Shown: positions 59,076 to 64,000 of the stretch, in pieces | How positions within the stretch are numbered: the stretch's first letter is position 1 | Layout: every line of letters begins with the position of its first letter | Source of the DNA: Candidatus Latescibacterota bacterium | Lineage (GTDB): Bacteria; Latescibacterota; UBA2968; UBA8231 | Assembly (NCBI GenBank): GCA_965223905.1 | Contig: CBDCXV010000010.1 | Coordinates: 1,760,001-1,824,000 of the forward strand | Direction of reading: 5' to 3' | DNA: 64,000 nucleotides | The notes under the pieces: model-generated | Told to the model about the DNA's origin: nothing | Databases searched by the model: none | The model's input: the letters and a program-made list of their open reading frames with translations, nothing else | Translations under genes and position numbers: made by a program

Positions 59076-59618
59076 GTGAAATCCGCGCCGTGGTTCTTCT
59101 GCTTCGCCCTGGCACTTCTGACCGGGCCGGCAGCGCTCGCCGCGGAACAGCCTTCCGGCGGCGAGAAGCGAACTCCCCTGCGGCCGCGGCCGCAGGTCTC
59201 CGGGACCGTGAGTATCGACGAGGAATGGCTCCACGCGATCTGGACCCAGGTCGACGAGATAGTGAAGGAGGAACGCAGGCTCAAAAAAACGGTCTCGAGC
59301 GCTGGGGTTCCCCCCGCCAGGCAGGAGATCGGTCTGCTCGACAGGCTGTTTTTCCGGGGCGCGAAACGGTACCCGGGACGGGAAGAGATTCGCCGGGCGA
59401 TCGCCGTCCTCGAGGAAGCGGTCGCGACGAATCCGAAGAGCGAGGGCGCTCCGAGGCGGATATACCTCATCGCCCAGTGCTACCAGGTACTGGGCCGCCT
59501 GGTCGAGGCAAACGGCCTCTACACCCGGCTGACCCGGGATCATCCCGGAACTCCCTGGGCCTCCAAGGCGTCAAGGGCACTGGCGAAGCTGGCCGAAGCG
59601 GGCAGAGCGATCAGGTAG
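59076..59618 (+). CDS. Exported TPR-like protein
   Basis: Signal peptide; NPKSEGAPRRIYLIAQCY..DHPGTPWASKA (YfiO/CpoB-like TPR). Confidence 0.65.
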   Translation: MKSAPWFFCFALALLTGPAALAAEQPSGGEKRTPLRPRPQVSGTVSIDEEWLHAIWTQVDEIVKEERRLKKTVSSAGVPPARQEIGLLDRLFFRGAKRYPGREEIRRAIAVLEEAVATNPKSEGAPRRIYLIAQCYQVLGRLVEANGLYTRLTRDHPGTPWASKASRALAKLAEAGRAIR

Positions 59619-59752
59619 GGACGTCCGCCCCGGCCTCACCGTTTGCTTTATATTTTTCCCGAGTTCGAGTTCCACATTCACGCAGTCAGCGGCAGCGATT
59701 TCGGGGAGACCGGACCGAAGCCGTCCTTCGCGCCGAAAGCACGGATATACAC

Positions 59753-60442
59753 ATGATCAGACTCACCGACCGGTGTCCAACCCGGTCTTTTCTCCTCCTC
59801 GCCGTTGCCGCGCTTTGCGCCTGTGCCGCCCCGGGCAGCGAAATGTCGCAGCGCATGGAGACCTCCGACGCCGAGATACGCGAGGAGATCGAGGCGCTGA
59901 AACGGGCGGTCGAATCTTCCTACGACCGCGAAAGGGCGCTCGCCGAGCGCCTGCAGAGGCTCGAGGAGGGGTACGCACGGTTGGAGTCCCCGCCCGAAGG
60001 GCGGACCGACTACCCAGTCACCACGGAACCGAAACCGGTTCCTGTAGTCCCGGGCAGCGAAAATTTCGATGTCCAGGGCGCCTACGACCGGGCCTACCAG
60101 CTCTACGGCGACCTCCAGTACGAAGCGGCGCTCGCCGGCTTTGGCGAAATCGTCTCGCGGGCTGCGAACAGCGAATGGAGCGACAACGCCCGCTACTGGA
60201 TGGGGGAGTGCCAGTACGGCCTGGGGGAATACCGCCTGGCGCTGGCCGAATTCACCAAGGTCTTCAGCTATATGGAGACCGAGAAAGCCGACGACGCCCA
60301 GCTCAAGATCGCCCGCTGCTACCTGGCCCTCGGGGAGAAGGAGAACGCCCTGAGCGCCTTCCGGAAACTCCTGGACGAATACCCGGACAGTGAGTACATC
60401 GGGGCCGCCAGCAAGGAAATGAGGTACCTCGAGGGCCCGTGA
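59753..60442 (+). CDS. CpoB/YbgF-like TPR lipoprotein
   Basis: Lipobox LCAC, coiled coil, SDNARYWMGEC, KADDAQLKIA, YPDSEY. Confidence 0.8.
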   Translation: MIRLTDRCPTRSFLLLAVAALCACAAPGSEMSQRMETSDAEIREEIEALKRAVESSYDRERALAERLQRLEEGYARLESPPEGRTDYPVTTEPKPVPVVPGSENFDVQGAYDRAYQLYGDLQYEAALAGFGEIVSRAANSEWSDNARYWMGECQYGLGEYRLALAEFTKVFSYMETEKADDAQLKIARCYLALGEKENALSAFRKLLDEYPDSEYIGAASKEMRYLEGP

Positions 60443-61059
60443 ACATCGCATCCCTCTTGTTGCTGGCCGGGGCCTGGCTAGTCGCTCCGGGCGTCGATAT
60501 CGCCGCGGCGACCTACATTCCCACCAACATCGATCTGGCGGTCCAGGCAGCCGATGAAGCCGTGGCCGAATGCCTGTCAGGCCTCGACTCCCTTCACTCG
60601 GAGACCGACTGGGAACTCCCGGTCCTAGTGACGGCGCAGTCGGAACACGACGCCAACTGGGTCGTCGAACACTGTCTGACAGGGGAACTGCTCGAGCGGA
60701 ACTTCACCGTCGCGGTCGACACCTCGGCAGCGGCCCCGGAATCGCCCCTTCTCTCCTACCGGATCGTCGACCTCAGCCTCTCGGGCTGGTCCGGACTCCG
60801 CGGGGGCGAGGTATGGCGCCGCTGCCGGATAACCCTCGGCCTGCGCCTGGTCTCCGGCGGGGAGCTGGTCTGGCAGCACGAGGCGACCTCCCAGATTCGC
60901 GACTCCATACCGAAGAACCGTCTGGAAGTGCTGGAAAACGCAACCTACGATTTCGCCGACCTGGAGCTCGAAGAGCGCAACTGGGGACGCTTCGTCGAAC
61001 CGGCCATCGTCTCCAGCGTTCTCGGCACCCTCGTCTACCTGTTCTTCTCCAATCGCTGA
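60439..61059 (+). CDS. Hypothetical exported protein with C-terminal hydrophobic anchor
   Basis: Signal peptide; ends EPAIVSSVLGTLVYLFFSNR; overlaps both neighbours. Confidence 0.7.
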   Translation: MNIASLLLLAGAWLVAPGVDIAAATYIPTNIDLAVQAADEAVAECLSGLDSLHSETDWELPVLVTAQSEHDANWVVEHCLTGELLERNFTVAVDTSAAAPESPLLSYRIVDLSLSGWSGLRGGEVWRRCRITLGLRLVSGGELVWQHEATSQIRDSIPKNRLEVLENATYDFADLELEERNWGRFVEPAIVSSVLGTLVYLFFSNR

Positions 61060-61856
61060 TGGGGCTCCGACCTTCCCAGCCGCAGAGCCGCCCACGCGGG
61101 GTCCTGCGGTTCCTCCGTGTTGCCGCCCTTGCGGCCCTTCTGCTCTCGGGCTGCGCGGGAAAGAAGGAGGAACCGCTGAGGGGAGTCGAATACTACCACC
61201 AGGAGGGCATGCAGGCCCTCGAGCGCAAGCGCTACCTGCAGGCGGTCGAGATGTTCCAGCGGGTGGTCAGCAACTTCCCCGGCTCCGCCCTGGTCGCCGA
61301 GGCCCAGTTCCACCTCGCCGAGGCCTACTTCGGCATGGAGGACTTCGTCAACGCCGTCTTCGAGTACCAGCGGCTGGTCGAATCCTACCCGCACAGCAGT
61401 TTCGTAGAACGCGCCCAGTTCCAGATCGGCGAGTCGCACTTCATGCAGATGCGCAGCCCGGAGCACGATCAGAAGGAGACCTACGAAGCGCTGACGCACT
61501 TCCGCCGTTTCATCGAAGACAACCCCCAAAGCCCGCTGCTGGAAGAGGCCCGCAGCCGCATCGTCTCCTGCCGCTCGCAACTGGCGAAGAAGCAGTATCT
61601 CGCAGGCCGGTTTTACCAGAAGCAGGACTATCTCGAGGCCGCGCGCATTTGCTACGAGGATCTCCTGCTCACCTATCCGGACACGCGCTGGTACTACTGG
61701 GGCAGGGCGATGCTCGGCGACATCGACCGCGGCGAGGGAGATCTTTCGTCGGCGCGCGTGCATTGGAACGAGATCGTCGAGCAGTGCCAGGAGGAGGAGC
61801 TGCGGCGCAAGGTCGAGAAGTGGCTGGAGGAAATCGGCAACGCCGTCGCGGAGTGA
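61059..61856 (+). CDS. bamD: Outer membrane protein assembly factor BamD
   Basis: Lipobox LSGC; FPGS, YPHS, SPEHDQKETYEALTHFRRFIEDNPQS, LAKKQYLAGRFY. Confidence 0.87.
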   Translation: MGLRPSQPQSRPRGVLRFLRVAALAALLLSGCAGKKEEPLRGVEYYHQEGMQALERKRYLQAVEMFQRVVSNFPGSALVAEAQFHLAEAYFGMEDFVNAVFEYQRLVESYPHSSFVERAQFQIGESHFMQMRSPEHDQKETYEALTHFRRFIEDNPQSPLLEEARSRIVSCRSQLAKKQYLAGRFYQKQDYLEAARICYEDLLLTYPDTRWYYWGRAMLGDIDRGEGDLSSARVHWNEIVEQCQEEELRRKVEKWLEEIGNAVAE

Positions 61857-61859
61857 ATC

Positions 61860-62441
61860 GTGCCGCGCCTCGGAATGATGGGCGGGACCTTCGACCCGAT
61901 TCACACCGGCCACCTGCTGCTGGCGCAGTTCCTGAGAGAACACCTCGCTCTCGACCGGGTGCTTTTCGTTCCAGCTGCCGACCCGCCCCACAAGGAGAAC
62001 AGGGACGGTGGTCTGCTTGCGGTTGAAGACCGGTGGGCGATGGTCTGCGCCGCCCTTGCCGGGGCCCCGGGGTTCGAGCCCTGCCGGATCGAGATCGACC
62101 GCCCCGGAAAATCCTACACCGTAGAGACATTGCGTCAGCTTCAGCAGCAATACCCCGGCAGCGAGCTTTTCCTTCTTCTCGGCGCCGACAACGTCGCCGA
62201 GTTGGATACCTGGTACGATCTGGAGGGCATCTTCGAGCTCTGCACCGTGGTCGCCGGCTCGCGCTCCGGCGCTCCGCCCTCCGCTTCGCCCCTTGCCCGC
62301 CGGGTGACCCTCGTCGAAACCCCCGAAATCGACATCTCCTCCACCGGCATCCGCGAACGCATCCGCGCCGGTCGCTCGATCCGCTGGCTGGTTCCCGGTC
62401 CGGTCGAATCCTACATACTCCAGAAGGGACTCTACCGGTGA
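61860..62441 (+). CDS. nadD: Nicotinate-nucleotide adenylyltransferase
   Basis: GGTFDPIHTGH, PPHK, SYTVETL, ISSTGIR. Confidence 0.96.
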   Translation: MPRLGMMGGTFDPIHTGHLLLAQFLREHLALDRVLFVPAADPPHKENRDGGLLAVEDRWAMVCAALAGAPGFEPCRIEIDRPGKSYTVETLRQLQQQYPGSELFLLLGADNVAELDTWYDLEGIFELCTVVAGSRSGAPPSASPLARRVTLVETPEIDISSTGIRERIRAGRSIRWLVPGPVESYILQKGLYR

Positions 62442-63607
62442 ACAGCCTCACCTACCTCGAATGCTCCCGCACGGGAGAGCGGTACGACGCCGGCCAGCTG
62501 CACAACCTCTCCGCGGCGGGAGCCCCGCTGCTGGCGCGCTACGACCTCGACGCGGTCGCCTCCTCCTGGGAGCGGGACAGCCTCGCCGGCCGACCCGCTG
62601 ACATGTGGCGCTACCGGGAAGTCATGCCGCTGCGTCCGGGGGACGACATCGTGACCCTCGGTGAGGGATTCACTCCGCTGTGCCGCGCCGGGCGCCTCGG
62701 GGCGGAGATCGGACTGCGACAGATCTACATCAAGGACGAATCGGCGAACCCGACAGGGTCGTTCAAGGCGCGCGGCCTCTCCGCCGCGGTCACCGCCGCG
62801 GCCGCCCGCGGGGCCCGCGCCCTCGCCATACCGACGGCCGGCAACGCCGGCGGGGCCCTTGCGGCGTACGCCGCGGCAGCCGGTCTCGAGGCGCACGTGT
62901 TCATGCCGGCCGACACCCCGGCCGCGTTCCAGATCGAGTGCCGCTCCTGCGGTGCCCGCCTCGAGCTGGTCGACGGGCTGATCACCGACTGCGGCCGCAT
63001 CGTCGCCGAGCGCAAGGAAGCGGAAGGGTGGTTCGATCTCGCGACCCTGAAGGAGCCGTACCGGGTCGAGGGGAAGAAGACGATGGGGTACGAGCTCGCC
63101 GAGCAGCTCGGCTGGCAGCTGCCGGACGCGATCGTCTACCCCACCGGGGGGGGCACTGGACTGATCGGCATGTGGAAGGCGTTCGACGAGATGGAACGGC
63201 TCGCTTGGATCGGCTCCGCCAGGCCGCGCATGATCTCGGTGCAGGCCTCCGGATGTGCCCCGATCGTGCGCGCCCTCGAAGAGGGAACCGACGGCGCGCG
63301 GCCCTGGGAAGATGCTTCGACGATAGCTTCCGGCCTGCGGGTGCCGGCCGCGGTCGCCGATTTCCTGATGCTGCGGGCGATACGGGAGAGCGGCGGTACC
63401 GCCATCGCCGTGAGCGACGGCGAGCTGGTGGAGGCGACGCACCGGATGGCGCGGCTCACCGGCATCTTCGCCGCCCCGGAAGGGGGCGCTGCCCTGGCCG
63501 GGATCGTCGCCCTGAAGGAGCAAGGGTTCATCGACCCAGGCGAGCGCGTCGTGCTCTTCAACACCGGAAGCGGGTACAAGTATCTCGAGGCCCTCGGCAC
63601 CGGTTGA
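62438..63607 (+). CDS. thrC: Threonine synthase
   Basis: MWRYRE, LGEGFTPL, NPTGSFKARG, EGKKTMGYE, YPTGGGTG, FNTGSGYKY. Confidence 0.9.
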   Translation: MNSLTYLECSRTGERYDAGQLHNLSAAGAPLLARYDLDAVASSWERDSLAGRPADMWRYREVMPLRPGDDIVTLGEGFTPLCRAGRLGAEIGLRQIYIKDESANPTGSFKARGLSAAVTAAAARGARALAIPTAGNAGGALAAYAAAAGLEAHVFMPADTPAAFQIECRSCGARLELVDGLITDCGRIVAERKEAEGWFDLATLKEPYRVEGKKTMGYELAEQLGWQLPDAIVYPTGGGTGLIGMWKAFDEMERLAWIGSARPRMISVQASGCAPIVRALEEGTDGARPWEDASTIASGLRVPAAVADFLMLRAIRESGGTAIAVSDGELVEATHRMARLTGIFAAPEGGAALAGIVALKEQGFIDPGERVVLFNTGSGYKYLEALGTG

Positions 63608-63668
63608 CGGCGGCGGGGCCATCGCCTAACTTGAGTGCCCACTGTGACTTGCGCGAAAAGCGCGGCGT

Positions 63669-63745
63669 GCACCTATAGCTCAATTGGATAGAGCACCTGA
63701 CTACGGATCAGGAGGTTGGGGGTTCGAATCCCTCTGGGTGCACCA
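63669..63745 (+). tRNA. tRNA-Arg(ACG)
   Basis: GCACCTATAGCTCAATTGGATAGAGC..CCTGA-CTACGGA-TCAGG..TGGGTGCACCA. Confidence 0.97.
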
Positions 63746-64000
63746 TCTCCATGGAGAGCAAGCGATCCGGAAAACCGGGTCGCTTGTTTCGTTTTATGTA
63801 TCCGCCGGCCCGCAAGAAGGTCACGAAAATTGACACTGGATGGGGGTCGGCATGGTCGCTTTTCCTCGACAGCTCTAGAATCTCGTCGGTGCTCTGTTGG
63901 TTTCTCGCTTCCGCCGCGCCGAAGAGCCGGCGGGGAATCCGGGAAAGCCGGGCACGATATGATGGTGGCGCTCCTTGCCGCCGTTGCCGCCAGGACATCC

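Noticed and set aside
2194-63998. Numerous long Arg/Pro/Gly-rich alternative-frame and antisense ORFs
   Set aside because: Shadow ORFs expected at high GC, overlapping genes with clear motifs.

Overview
GC-rich bacterial chromosomal segment. The gene style suggests an FCB-group organism such as Ca. Latescibacterota (inference from the PorV-like barrel, FlgD-type C-terminal Ig domain, DUF2723 proteins, 'DFFLFADFFG' dockerin-like tail and multiple FG-GAP/ASPIC-UnbV and PhyH genes). The intact core includes uvrA (partial), dacA-like, hpt, recA, rho-rpmE2-DUF1385-prfA-prmC, dnaG, transketolase, a C4 Zn-ribbon protein, rnpB, pyrF, rfaE2, cpoB-like, bamD, nadD, thrC and seven tRNAs. Two decaying accessory patches interrupt it. 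The first (11.6-16.9 kb) holds a frameshifted antiporter, an IS4 element, a broken SIR2/Dsr1-like gene, an orphan hicB and an OM-barrel remnant. The second (33.8-38.1 kb) holds a truncated ABC operon joined to an ASPIC/UnbV pseudogene plus broken PhyH and TPR genes. Two candidate systems stand out. (1) A coupled operon encoding a 2110-aa FG-GAP/FN3/Ig protein with a FlgD-like CTD, a second FG-GAP protein and a PorV-like barrel fused to a transglutaminase-like domain and TPRs, next to cpoB/bamD; this may be a T9SS-like surface display and anchoring system. (2) A TMEM260-like (DUF2723/GT117) + GT2 + flippase operon, with D-[S/T]-hydrophobic sequon clusters in exported proteins; this may be a general protein O-glycosylation system. 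All assignments come from motif reading without database searches.
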